Shown here: positions 9,161 through 17,616 of the stretch, one piece after another
Layout: each line of letters begins with the position of its first letter
Numbering within the stretch: position 1 is the stretch's first letter
Notes under the pieces: model-generated
The model's input: only the letters and a program-made list of their open reading frames with translations
What the model was told of the DNA's origin: nothing
Databases searched by the model: none
From: Syntrophomonadaceae bacterium
Lineage (GTDB): Bacteria > Bacillota > Dethiobacteria > DTU022 > UBA8154
NCBI GenBank assembly: GCA_007135125.1
Contig: SLJK01000132.1
Coordinates: 1-50,609, forward strand
Direction: 5' to 3'
Length of the DNA stretch: 50,609 bases
Program-made: the position numbers and the translations under genes

Positions 9161-9469
9161 TCAATTTCTCCAAGGCAATTCTGATAATATCTCGTTGATC
9201 ATATCCGTCTCTCCGCCGGCATCACCGGAAACTGCTCCCCTTGGTGGGTCTTCACCTTCATCTGAATAAGTTTCACCAGCTGCAGGCTCAATTTCTTCAA
9301 TATATGTTCCTTCTAAATCATCCATGTTTGGAACTTCACCTTGACCTTCAACAGCTTGGTATTGAACTATTAGACCATCTATCATCCTTTGGTTTTCCTC
9401 AAAGACAGCTTGTTCAGCTCTGTCGGTAATCGTTCCATAAATCTGTATCGCATATTTTGGTATAAATGA
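9161..9469 (-). pseudogene. N-terminally truncated type IV pilin (PilA/ComGC-like) lacking signal peptide and membrane helix
   Basis: Open frame 9469-9161 reads ...AIQIYGTITDRAEQAVFEENQRMIDGLIVQYQAVEGQGEVPNMDDLEGTYIEEI..., resembling a pilin alpha1-C helix and following loop; in-frame TAA at 9472-9470; I saw no G-F-x-x-x-E motif upstream; lies between pilB and pilC. Confidence 0.6.
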
Positions 9470-9720
9470 TTAAATTTTATGAAATTTATGCCCAAAAAGA
9501 GGATTATTTTCTAGATATATTGCGATAAGGTAATAAATAGCATTATAATTTGCTATAAATGAACTTTAATCATTTCTTATCGATTATAATCACGCTTCAT
9601 TGTTAGTGATTAGTCAATGCTGTTGTTCCCAGTGATATAAATACCTGATTTCAGGCCTTTTTGGGTTTGAACCATTGATATATTTTACCAGCCCTAACTC
9701 CGCCGGTCTCAATAAGTAAG

Positions 9721-11409
9721 TTAGAAAACGGTATAAGTCTCCCTTATTACTTCTTCTACGGAAGCAGATCCCTCCTCTACCCGCCTAATTCCATCTTGTT
9801 TCAGGTTAGCCATTCCTCCTGAAAAGACTTTTTCCATGGTGGTATCGTTATTCTCCCATTGGCGAATAAAACCGCGGTTCTCTTTGTCAATTGCAAGGAC
9901 TTCGTGAATAGCAGTGCGGCCTTTATAGCCACTATAATTACATTTAGCGCAGCCGTTTCCGCGGTAAAAAGCAGGTTGCTGTTGACTGCCGCCCTTTCCC
10001 TGGTAAAAAAGCAGTTCATCCTCGCCTGGATAGTACTTCTCTTTACAGTTGGTGCAGTTAAGACGAAGTAGGCGCTGAGAAACTACTCCGACCAAAGAAG
10101 CTGTGAGCTCGAAAGGCGCTACTCCCATTTCCAACAGCCTGGTAATAGCCCCAGGAGCATCACTGGTATGCAGGGTAGAAAAAACCAGGTGCCCTGTAAG
10201 CGCTGCCCGGGTAGCAATCTCTGCTGTTTCGGGATCACGGATCTCTCCGACCATTATGATATCAGGATCCTGCCTTAAAACATGACGTAGGGCGCTGGCA
10301 AAAGTCAGCTTTGTTTTTTCTCCGACCTGGACCTGGTTAATACCTTCCAACCGGTACTCTACCGGATCTTCAACGGTCACTATATTTTTTTCCGGATCGT
10401 TGATGTGGTGTAGGGTGGAGTAGAGGGTGGTGGTTTTGCCGCACCCTGTTGGCCCTGTGACCAGGACCATACCCGAGGTGTTACGTAACAGCTGCAAGTA
10501 CTGTGTCAAATTTACGCTGTTGAAACCAAGAGATTCAATGGGAAAGACAATTTTTTCAGGGTTAAACAGGCGCAGCACTATTTTTTCCCCGTAGACGGTG
10601 GGCATTGTAGAGACACGCATATTAATTTCCCGGCCCTGCCAAATGGTATGAATATTTCCGCCCTGGGGTATTCTTTTTTCAGCGATATCCATTCCGGCCA
10701 TGATTTTAATCCGCGAAATTACCAGCGGCATATTATCGGCCGAATAGGGATCAAGATCCTGTAGGGCACCATCGATACGCATACGCACCCTGAGTCTTTC
10801 AGAGGTTGGTTCCAGGTGAATATCGCTGGCTTTGAAGCTAACCCCCTTTTGGAGAAGGGCATCCACTTCTTGTACCGAAGACTCCTCTTCTGCAAAATTT
10901 TTGAGGTAAGAGGTGCTATTTCCCCTGGCCAGTCCTGAAATATTAATGAAATCTTTCTTTTCATCTTCATTAATTCCTTTTTTATTGTAGTGGTAAAGGA
11001 ATTCTTTTATTGTTTTTGATGAGGCCAGAAGAGGCGTAACGGCGCATCCTGTAACCTGGGCAATATCATCCAGGGCAAAGGTGTTCAAGGGATCCGCTGT
11101 AGCCACTGTGATTGCTCCCTCCTCTATGTAGAGAGGGAGCAGGTTATATTTACCGGTCATCCCCTGGGGGACAGCATAAAGGGCTTCTCGCTGTATCGGC
11201 TGCTCTTCCAAGTTTATTATTTGAAGACCGAGCTGTTCGGACAGCAGCGCGTGAAGTTCTTTTTCGCTAAGGTACTCTTTGGCGATAAGCACGTCTTGCA
11301 AGGAGAGGTGGCTTGTTTCATGCTCACGCAGAGCATTGTTTAATTTTTCCTCGGTGATTATCCCAGATTGCTGCAGCGCTTGTGTCAACAGCTTATTTCT
11401 TCCATCCAT
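9721..11409 (-). CDS. pilB: Type IV pilus assembly ATPase PilB (GspE/PulE family)
   Basis: ASDIHLEP, Walker A GPTGCGKTTT, TVEDPVEY, LRQDPDIIMVGEIRD, GHLVFSTLH, tetra-Cys zinc motif; N-terminal MshEN-like region. Confidence 0.95.
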   Translation of the reverse strand: MDGRNKLLTQALQQSGIITEEKLNNALREHETSHLSLQDVLIAKEYLSEKELHALLSEQLGLQIINLEEQPIQREALYAVPQGMTGKYNLLPLYIEEGAITVATADPLNTFALDDIAQVTGCAVTPLLASSKTIKEFLYHYNKKGINEDEKKDFINISGLARGNSTSYLKNFAEEESSVQEVDALLQKGVSFKASDIHLEPTSERLRVRMRIDGALQDLDPYSADNMPLVISRIKIMAGMDIAEKRIPQGGNIHTIWQGREINMRVSTMPTVYGEKIVLRLFNPEKIVFPIESLGFNSVNLTQYLQLLRNTSGMVLVTGPTGCGKTTTLYSTLHHINDPEKNIVTVEDPVEYRLEGINQVQVGEKTKLTFASALRHVLRQDPDIIMVGEIRDPETAEIATRAALTGHLVFSTLHTSDAPGAITRLLEMGVAPFELTASLVGVVSQRLLRLNCTNCKEKYYPGEDELLFYQGKGGSQQQPAFYRGNGCAKCNYSGYKGRTAIHEVLAIDKENRGFIRQWENNDTTMEKVFSGGMANLKQDGIRRVEEGSASVEEVIRETYTVF

Positions 11410-11454
11410 ATCTTTAACCTCTCTCCGCGGAGCGTTTATGTACTCAGGAATACA

Positions 11455-12216
11455 TTATAGAAAGGAAGTATACCACATCCATATATCTTGACCCCAGAAG
11501 GTAATCACGTACAAAGCCAGAGCAAGGAAGGGCCCGAACGGTACAGAATCTTTGCGGGATTTCTTTTTGGAAATAAGAAACCCGATCCCCACCATGGCCC
11601 CCATCACGAAAGCCAGGAGAAAGAGCATCAGGATATGAGGCCAGCCTGCTGCTAATCCCAGGACGGCCATTAATTTCACATCCCCTCCCCCCATCCCTCC
11701 CCTGCTCAATATAGCAATAAGGAAAAAGGACAATCCTCCAGCCAGGAAGCCCAGCGCTGCAGAAACGTGAGAGATATCAGGATAAAAGAGCTGCCACAAG
11801 AAAACCCAGGCAAGAAGGACCAAGACAAAACGGTTGGGGATGAGATTATTTTCCAGGTCAATAGCAGAAATGACGATTAAGATGGAAAAGATTATAATAT
11901 ATTTCCAAAAATAAGGGCCAAGACCGAAGTAATGGAAGCAGGTTACAAAAACAATCCCCGTGAGAAGCTCTACCAGCGGATAGCGTATGGAGATCTTTTT
12001 TCTACAGTAGCGACATTTTCCCCGCAGGATAAGAAAACTGAAAAGGGGGATAAGGTCCAGGGCTTTTAGGGGGGTTTTACAGCTCGGGCAACTGGAGCGC
12101 GGAGCAATGACAGATCCTCCGTTAAGGTAGCGGTAGGTCAAGACATTTAAAAAACTGCCTAACACCAGGCCCAGTAGTAAAGAAAAAAAATACAAGAGAA
12201 AATTATGCATTATCAT
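11455..12216 (-). CDS. pilD: Prepilin peptidase PilD/ComC (A24)
   Basis: GSFLNV, PRSSCPSC, LRGKCRYC, IDLE, GMGGGDVKL, VPFGPFL. Confidence 0.96.
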   Translation of the reverse strand: MIMHNFLLYFFSLLLGLVLGSFLNVLTYRYLNGGSVIAPRSSCPSCKTPLKALDLIPLFSFLILRGKCRYCRKKISIRYPLVELLTGIVFVTCFHYFGLGPYFWKYIIIFSILIVISAIDLENNLIPNRFVLVLLAWVFLWQLFYPDISHVSAALGFLAGGLSFFLIAILSRGGMGGGDVKLMAVLGLAAGWPHILMLFLLAFVMGAMVGIGFLISKKKSRKDSVPFGPFLALALYVITFWGQDIWMWYTSFL

Positions 12217-12776
12217 TTATGCTCTTCCTCTTTCTGCCCTAGCATATAAACTTCCAGCTGCAATTCAGCTTGCAGGGTATCTTCTTCCAGCGCAACAAGA
12301 AGGAGCTCTGCAAAACCTAGTTTTCGAGGATACCGCTCAAGATCCTCCAGGAAAGCATATACATTTTCTGTTTTCCCCAGAACGGAAAAATGGACGGTAT
12401 AATAGGAGTAGCGGGGTTTTTCCACCTCATCGCCCATGAAAAGCTGCTTGCTTTTCAGTTCGTGCTCCTCTATCAGGTTCCAGAAACCAACTATAAGTCC
12501 TGGCAAATCCTGGTAAGGAGGCATGAAAGCTCCAATGGAGAGCACTTCGGCCTTGTTGGCTTCAAGTATGGTTTCCAGGCGCTTCACTTCATCCTGCACG
12601 CTGGCAGCACCTTGCAGGATCTCCCTGTTTTCTTGCAGAAGGCTGCCAAGATGCCGGAGCTGCAGCAGCTGTCCCGAGAAAACGTAGGTATGGTACAGGG
12701 GAAGCAGCAAAACTCCTGCTAGGAGTAGAAAGAGATAAGGTTTTTTTTGCTTGCAGATGTTTATAAACCAGCTCAT
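12213..12776 (-). CDS. pilO: PilO-like pilus alignment protein
   Basis: N-terminal TM plus coiled coil; MPPYQDLPGL; V.G...NVYAFLEDLERYPR. Confidence 0.75.
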   Translation of the reverse strand: MSWFINICKQKKPYLFLLLAGVLLLPLYHTYVFSGQLLQLRHLGSLLQENREILQGAASVQDEVKRLETILEANKAEVLSIGAFMPPYQDLPGLIVGFWNLIEEHELKSKQLFMGDEVEKPRYSYYTVHFSVLGKTENVYAFLEDLERYPRKLGFAELLLVALEEDTLQAELQLEVYMLGQKEEEHK

Positions 12777-12799
12777 TGTTTCACCACAATATAATATTT

Positions 12800-13342
12800 T
12801 TAATTAAAAAAAAGGATATAACTTACCGTTTCATTCCCCTCGGCAAGGGGTACGGAGGTTAAATCCTCTATCTCAAAACTATTCAGCTCTCCTAATAAAA
12901 CAGAGAGTTTCGCTACCTGCAATGGATCCTGCACTTGAAAAGTTAAATCCAATCTCTGTTTCCCACGTAGGTGAAAACTTTTTAGCTGCACCCCAGCGGG
13001 AAGTAGTTGCCCTAAACTTTCCAGTAATTCTAAGGGACTAACTGTTCTCTCCGCAATTAGTGATAGGCTCTCCTGCAGCTCTCGGTAGCGCTGTTTCTCA
13101 TCTTGAAGCTGCACGAGCAGCTCATAATTTTTTTGGCCCGCCTCGTAAGAACTCTTTTTATTCTCCAACCTGCTTTCGTAGCTGTTGACCAAAATTACTG
13201 GGGTATAAAAAAGAATTAACAAACTCAAAAAGGACCCAGCAAATGCCAACTTTAAGCGGGTCCTCTCACGCCTGTTGACTATCTTTTTCCGCATTTCTTC
13301 GGGGAGGAGGTTGATTTCCAGTTTTGAAAAAGTTTTTTCCAT
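12800..13342 (-). CDS. pilN: PilN-like pilus alignment protein
   Basis: INLLP PilM-binding motif, TM, coiled coil, LPAGVQLKSF. Confidence 0.8.
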   Translation of the reverse strand: MEKTFSKLEINLLPEEMRKKIVNRRERTRLKLAFAGSFLSLLILFYTPVILVNSYESRLENKKSSYEAGQKNYELLVQLQDEKQRYRELQESLSLIAERTVSPLELLESLGQLLPAGVQLKSFHLRGKQRLDLTFQVQDPLQVAKLSVLLGELNSFEIEDLTSVPLAEGNETVSYILFFN

Positions 13343-13374
13343 AAGTAGTTATAAGTTTTGCAAAATACTCTCCT

Positions 13375-13881
13375 TTATTTGAGGTGTCCTCTTTTTTTCA
13401 GGCCGAACAACACTACTTTTTCAAACTGGCGGACACACCTGGTGCCTACAAATTCGCGGCGACTTAAAGGTTTAACCAGGATGGTATACAGCCCCAAACG
13501 GTTTCCCCCCAGTATATCAGTAAAGACCTGGTCTCCTACTACGGCAGCCTGGTAAGGCTGAAGATCCATCATCTTCAGAGCTCTGAGAAAAGACCTTCTC
13601 CTGGGCTTAACTGCCTGCCAGATGGCAGGCAGTTCTAAATTCCAGGATAGTTGTTCACAGCGTTCTTTATTATTGTTTGATACTATGCAAACCTGGAAAC
13701 CTTTTTCTTTTGCCTCTTTAAGCCATTTTGTAACAGCCGGTAAAACGGCCTCATCGTTCCAGCAGACCAGTGTATTGTCCAGATCCGTAATGATACCTTT
13801 AATGCCTTTTTCCTTTAGATCGTGCAGGTTTATTTCCTGCACGCTTTCTACATGTCTTTTCGGACAAAGAAACTTCCACAT
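13375..13881 (-). CDS. yqeG: YqeG family HAD-IIIA phosphatase
   Basis: IITDLDNTL, IVSNN, AVKP, VVGDQVFTDILGGNRLG; ATG at 13881 with GGGAGG SD and TGN-TATAAT at 13907-13915. Confidence 0.93.
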   Translation of the reverse strand: MWKFLCPKRHVESVQEINLHDLKEKGIKGIITDLDNTLVCWNDEAVLPAVTKWLKEAKEKGFQVCIVSNNNKERCEQLSWNLELPAIWQAVKPRRRSFLRALKMMDLQPYQAAVVGDQVFTDILGGNRLGLYTILVKPLSRREFVGTRCVRQFEKVVLFGLKKRGHLK

Positions 13882-14104
13882 GCGGCCAACCTCCCTATCT
13901 GCCGCTATTATAACACAGAAGGAAGGTACAATAAAGCAGGTGAAGCTTTTCTTTAACGCTGGCAGCAGGTAATATCGAAACAGAAAATTGTGCCACATAT
14001 TGCTTATTATAATATATTCCACTCTTTTACATTAAATACCTGCTAATTTAGAGTACTTTTTGAAATATTTTTGAAGGGCAGTAATTTACTGACCGAAAGC
14101 CGCT

Positions 14105-14572
14105 TTATTTTTCTTTCGCTGCTGCATTCATCTTTTGCATAAGAGAGGCTTCCGTCTCAGGGAACAGGCTGCAAAAATCACGGGCAAACTGTTGCCTCTT
14201 TGTACGGTAACTGTTTTCATCTTCCTCATGGCACAAAACATCCAGGGTCCTTAACAGATCCCTGGACCACTCGAGAAGAAAATGGTCGAAAGGGAATATT
14301 TTTTCTGCATCAGTGATGGACTTCATTTGGGGAATGTAAAAGCCTTTAAGGCCTTCCCAGAAGAGCAGCCATTCTTCACAGGCGCCTTTTTCCTCCCCAT
14401 TACGAAGCAGCTCATATCCTCTGCGCATCTTTTCATTCATGTCGTTTAGCTCGCTTTTCCCTTGTGAGCGTAGCCTGATTTCTTTTTCAGGGTTTTCACT
14501 ATTGAGACAGCATTGTTTATATTTCTTGCCGCTTCCACAGGGACAGGTTACATTGCGTCCAATTTTTGCCAT
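14105..14572 (-). CDS. SEC-C motif protein with an uncharacterised helical domain
   Basis: N-terminal GRNVTCPCGSGKKYKQCC. Confidence 0.85.
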   Translation of the reverse strand: MAKIGRNVTCPCGSGKKYKQCCLNSENPEKEIRLRSQGKSELNDMNEKMRRGYELLRNGEEKGACEEWLLFWEGLKGFYIPQMKSITDAEKIFPFDHFLLEWSRDLLRTLDVLCHEEDENSYRTKRQQFARDFCSLFPETEASLMQKMNAAAKEK

Positions 14573-14660
14573 TATTCTTCACTCCCACTCACATATAATT
14601 AATAATATTTTTAGGAGAAAACTGGTGTGAGTTGTCAGCTTTCCACAGTCATATACCAAT

Positions 14661-16895
14661 TTATATCAAAATCTTAAGTATGGTTTCTGCACTACTTTTA
14701 CTTAAAGGTTCATTGTTGCTGCCGCATTTTGGCGACATTACGCACTTGGGGCAGCCAGTCTCACAGGAGCACCTGGAGACCACCTCCAGCGCCTTTTCTG
14801 CCAGGGCTTTGTAGTGTTGGAATAAACGCCTCGATATCCCTATCCCCCCCGGGAACCCGTCGTAGAGAAAAAGTTCCTTAGAACTGGAACTGTAAACTCC
14901 CCCCAGATCCCACCGGTCACACATAGCCAGCAGCGGTGCCACGCTGATGAGCAGGTGTTCAACAGCATGAAAACCACCGTCCATGCCCCCACGCTGAAGT
15001 TTATTAAAACTAACCCAGACCGATTCGGTCCGGTACTGGAGCGTAAGGGGTTTTTCCAGAATGTTTTTTGCTACTGTTTTGCTAAAAGAACGAAGAATAT
15101 AACCGTAAACCTGTTCAGAAACGTTTACTGTTCCAAAGTATAGTTGGTGGTTTTTTTCTTTCCGGCTTTCGAAAACCTCCTCTATCCTTATCTCCGTTTC
15201 TTTCAAAGGGGTGGTGTACATTTCTTTATTATTGTAGGGGTTAAGCTCGATGGTCTTTGAATCCTCATCAAAACTGACTACCTTAAAGGGCTCTGCTCTG
15301 TGTAAGAACACCGCTCCCGGGTAAGCTTCGGAAAAGGCCTGCTGTCTACTTAGCTCCTCAAGGACTTGCCCCTGGGAGACCAGTCTGAAAGTATCTCCGT
15401 CAATATCACTCAGGCTTACATGAAAACATGAACCTTTGCCGTTATATGAATAGTGTTTGGTCGATTCGGAAGGAGGTGAAGACAATTGCGATGAGGTGCT
15501 GCCTGGATGGGGTTTGATAAAGCGCTCCCCTATCAGCCTGCTAACCACTTTTTCGTATTCCGGACCAAACCATTTCTGATCTTCTTTACTTAAAGGAAGT
15601 TCCTCTGAGGCACATAGGACATGGTTAGTCATGATCTGTTCGTTTCCCAGGGAAATAACCGCCTGTTCGCTGGGTTCTTTAAAAAGGTAGTGCGGATTAG
15701 CCAGCAAGTAGGTATCCAGGGGATTATCATAAAGCGCCTGGATAACTATACTCTCCCTGGTGGAACGTCCGGCACGACCGGCCCTCTGGTGAAAAGAAGA
15801 GATGGTTCCGGGATAGCCGCCTATGACCACTGCATCAAGTCCCCCGATATTAACCCCCAACTCCAGGGCATTGGTAGAAGAGATACCGGCAATCTCTCTT
15901 TCCTTAAATTTTTTTTCCAGTTTCCTTCGTTCTTCGGGAAGATATCCTGAACGGTAGGGAACTATTTCTGCACCGTCCGTCAGGGTATTGGCCCAAGATG
16001 CTATTAACTCCGCTATTTTACGGCTGACGGAAAAGCAGAGGGTTTGCAGTCCATACTGGACACAGGCAGCGGTCAGATCCGCCGTCTGCAGGTGCTGGGA
16101 ACGCTTGGGGTTAACCGAGGTGTCCCAAAAAAGGTAAGTTTTACGCCCCCGGGAGCTTCCGTCCTTGTTAACCAGATCAAACTCCTTCCCGGTAAGACTT
16201 TTGGCATGTTCCTGTGGGTCGGCCATGGTAGCCGAAGAGATAATAAACTGCGGATCGCTCCCGTAATACTCCAGGATCCTTCTCAGGCGCCGCAGCAAAA
16301 AAGCTACGTTGGTGCCAAAGATTCCGCGGTACCAGTGTGCTTCGTCAACAATAATATACTGCAGATTACGGAAAAACCTGGACCATAGTCTGTGCCAGGC
16401 CAGGTACCAATGCAGCGCATGGGGGTTGCTCAATATAATCCGCGATTTATCGCGTATAGCTTTTCGAGCTGACTTGGGAGTATCACCGTCATAAACAGCT
16501 GTTTTGAGGTCAGTGCCGGTTTCTTTCTCCATGTGGAGCATCTCTTTCAACTGATCATAAGAGAGGGCTTTCATGGGATAGATGAAAAGCGCCGTGGAAT
16601 GGGGCTCATACAAAAGTTTCTCAAATACAGGGAGCAAAAAAGCCAGGGTCTTGCCGGAAGCAGTTGAAGTTACCAGTGCTACATCGCTGCCAGCGCGTGC
16701 CTTTTCTAATACCTCGGCCTGATGAATATAGAGCTGGATGCCCTGATCTTCAAGGTAGCACTGGATAGGGGCTGGTAAGGGTTGCTCCAGGTGAGCGTAT
16801 TGAGGGGGAGCATCCTTCTTTTCCATGATCGTGGAAACTTGTTTATGTAAGTCCCTGTTGTTCTGTATAGTCTTAATTAGTTCATGAACGGACAT
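14661..16895 (-). CDS. SF2 DEAH-box helicase with C-terminal DUF1998/zinc domain (MrfA/YprA/Hrq1 family)
   Basis: TSTASGKT, YPMKALSYDQ, DEAH, SSATM, STNALELGVNIG, HQRAGRAGR, LYDGFPGGIG, CSCETGCPKC; 744 aa. Confidence 0.9.
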   Translation of the reverse strand: MSVHELIKTIQNNRDLHKQVSTIMEKKDAPPQYAHLEQPLPAPIQCYLEDQGIQLYIHQAEVLEKARAGSDVALVTSTASGKTLAFLLPVFEKLLYEPHSTALFIYPMKALSYDQLKEMLHMEKETGTDLKTAVYDGDTPKSARKAIRDKSRIILSNPHALHWYLAWHRLWSRFFRNLQYIIVDEAHWYRGIFGTNVAFLLRRLRRILEYYGSDPQFIISSATMADPQEHAKSLTGKEFDLVNKDGSSRGRKTYLFWDTSVNPKRSQHLQTADLTAACVQYGLQTLCFSVSRKIAELIASWANTLTDGAEIVPYRSGYLPEERRKLEKKFKEREIAGISSTNALELGVNIGGLDAVVIGGYPGTISSFHQRAGRAGRSTRESIVIQALYDNPLDTYLLANPHYLFKEPSEQAVISLGNEQIMTNHVLCASEELPLSKEDQKWFGPEYEKVVSRLIGERFIKPHPGSTSSQLSSPPSESTKHYSYNGKGSCFHVSLSDIDGDTFRLVSQGQVLEELSRQQAFSEAYPGAVFLHRAEPFKVVSFDEDSKTIELNPYNNKEMYTTPLKETEIRIEEVFESRKEKNHQLYFGTVNVSEQVYGYILRSFSKTVAKNILEKPLTLQYRTESVWVSFNKLQRGGMDGGFHAVEHLLISVAPLLAMCDRWDLGGVYSSSSKELFLYDGFPGGIGISRRLFQHYKALAEKALEVVSRCSCETGCPKCVMSPKCGSNNEPLSKSSAETILKILI

Positions 16896-17041
16896 TTAGC
16901 ACCTGTTATGTATAATCTCAAATTTTCCATGTTCTTAGCAGCAGCAGTTTTCAAGCTATAATTTCTCCAAAGAAACTGGAATTCCTTCTTGATTACCCAC
17001 ACCTTATAAAGATCTGACCGTTACAAAGCATAAAGAAAGTT

Positions 17042-17070
17042 TTGTAATAAAAAGATAAATATTATACAAT
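17042..17070 (+). promoter_or_regulatory. sigma-A promoter of the DUF134 gene, with an inverted repeat overlapping the -35
   Basis: TTGTAA-N17-TACAAT; TTACAAA-N13-TTTGTAA at 17021-17047. Confidence 0.55.
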
Positions 17071-17177
17071 AATAAGAGCATAAAAAATGTTCAAATCCAA
17101 TTGCGAAACAAGGAGAATGTTCTCCTGTTTCACTTGTTTTACCTGCTGCTACTTTTTGAGGAAAGGAATGGAATAAA

Positions 17178-17603
17178 ATGCCCAGAAAGCCAAAAAGCCG
17201 AAAAGTTGCCCAGCTTCCCCACCAGACCTATTTCAAGCCTGCGGGAATTCCCCTTAGGCATCTGCAAGAAGAAGTTATAAGGGTGGAGGAGTTGGAAGCA
17301 ATACGTTTAAAAGACCTGGTGGGACTGGAGCAAGAAGTCTGTGCAAAACAAATGGGCATCTCCAGGGCAACCTTTTTTCGCATTATAAACTCGGCACGAA
17401 GTGCCCTGGCTAGAGCCTTGATCGAAGGAAAGGCCATCCGCATTGAGGGTGGAAACTACAATTTCAGTCCAGGGAGTGAAGCCTGCAGCCACTGCGGGTT
17501 CTCTGCAAGCAACATCCAAGGGGAAAAAGGACAAACGGAGGAAGACAAAGGTCCCTCCGCAGCGAAAGAGATAAGCTGCCCGCGCTGCGGAGAAGAAGTC
17601 TGA
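17178..17603 (+). CDS. DUF134 (UPF0251) helix-turn-helix protein with C-terminal CxxC...CxxC zinc ribbon
   Basis: YFKPAGIPL, EELEAIRLKDL.GLEQE.CA..MGISR.TF, GKAIRIEGG; CSHC...CPRC. Confidence 0.88.
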   Translation: MPRKPKSRKVAQLPHQTYFKPAGIPLRHLQEEVIRVEELEAIRLKDLVGLEQEVCAKQMGISRATFFRIINSARSALARALIEGKAIRIEGGNYNFSPGSEACSHCGFSASNIQGEKGQTEEDKGPSAAKEISCPRCGEEV

Positions 17604-17616
17604 GCAGGAAATTCTT

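Noticed and set aside
9511-9528. ModE-like half-site ATCGCAATATAT near the pilin slot
   Set aside because: Only one half-site, and no Mo-related gene nearby
12183-12748. A8/T8 homopolymers in pilD and pilO as phase-variation tracts
   Set aside because: Both frames are intact, and similar A/T runs are frequent in housekeeping genes in this window
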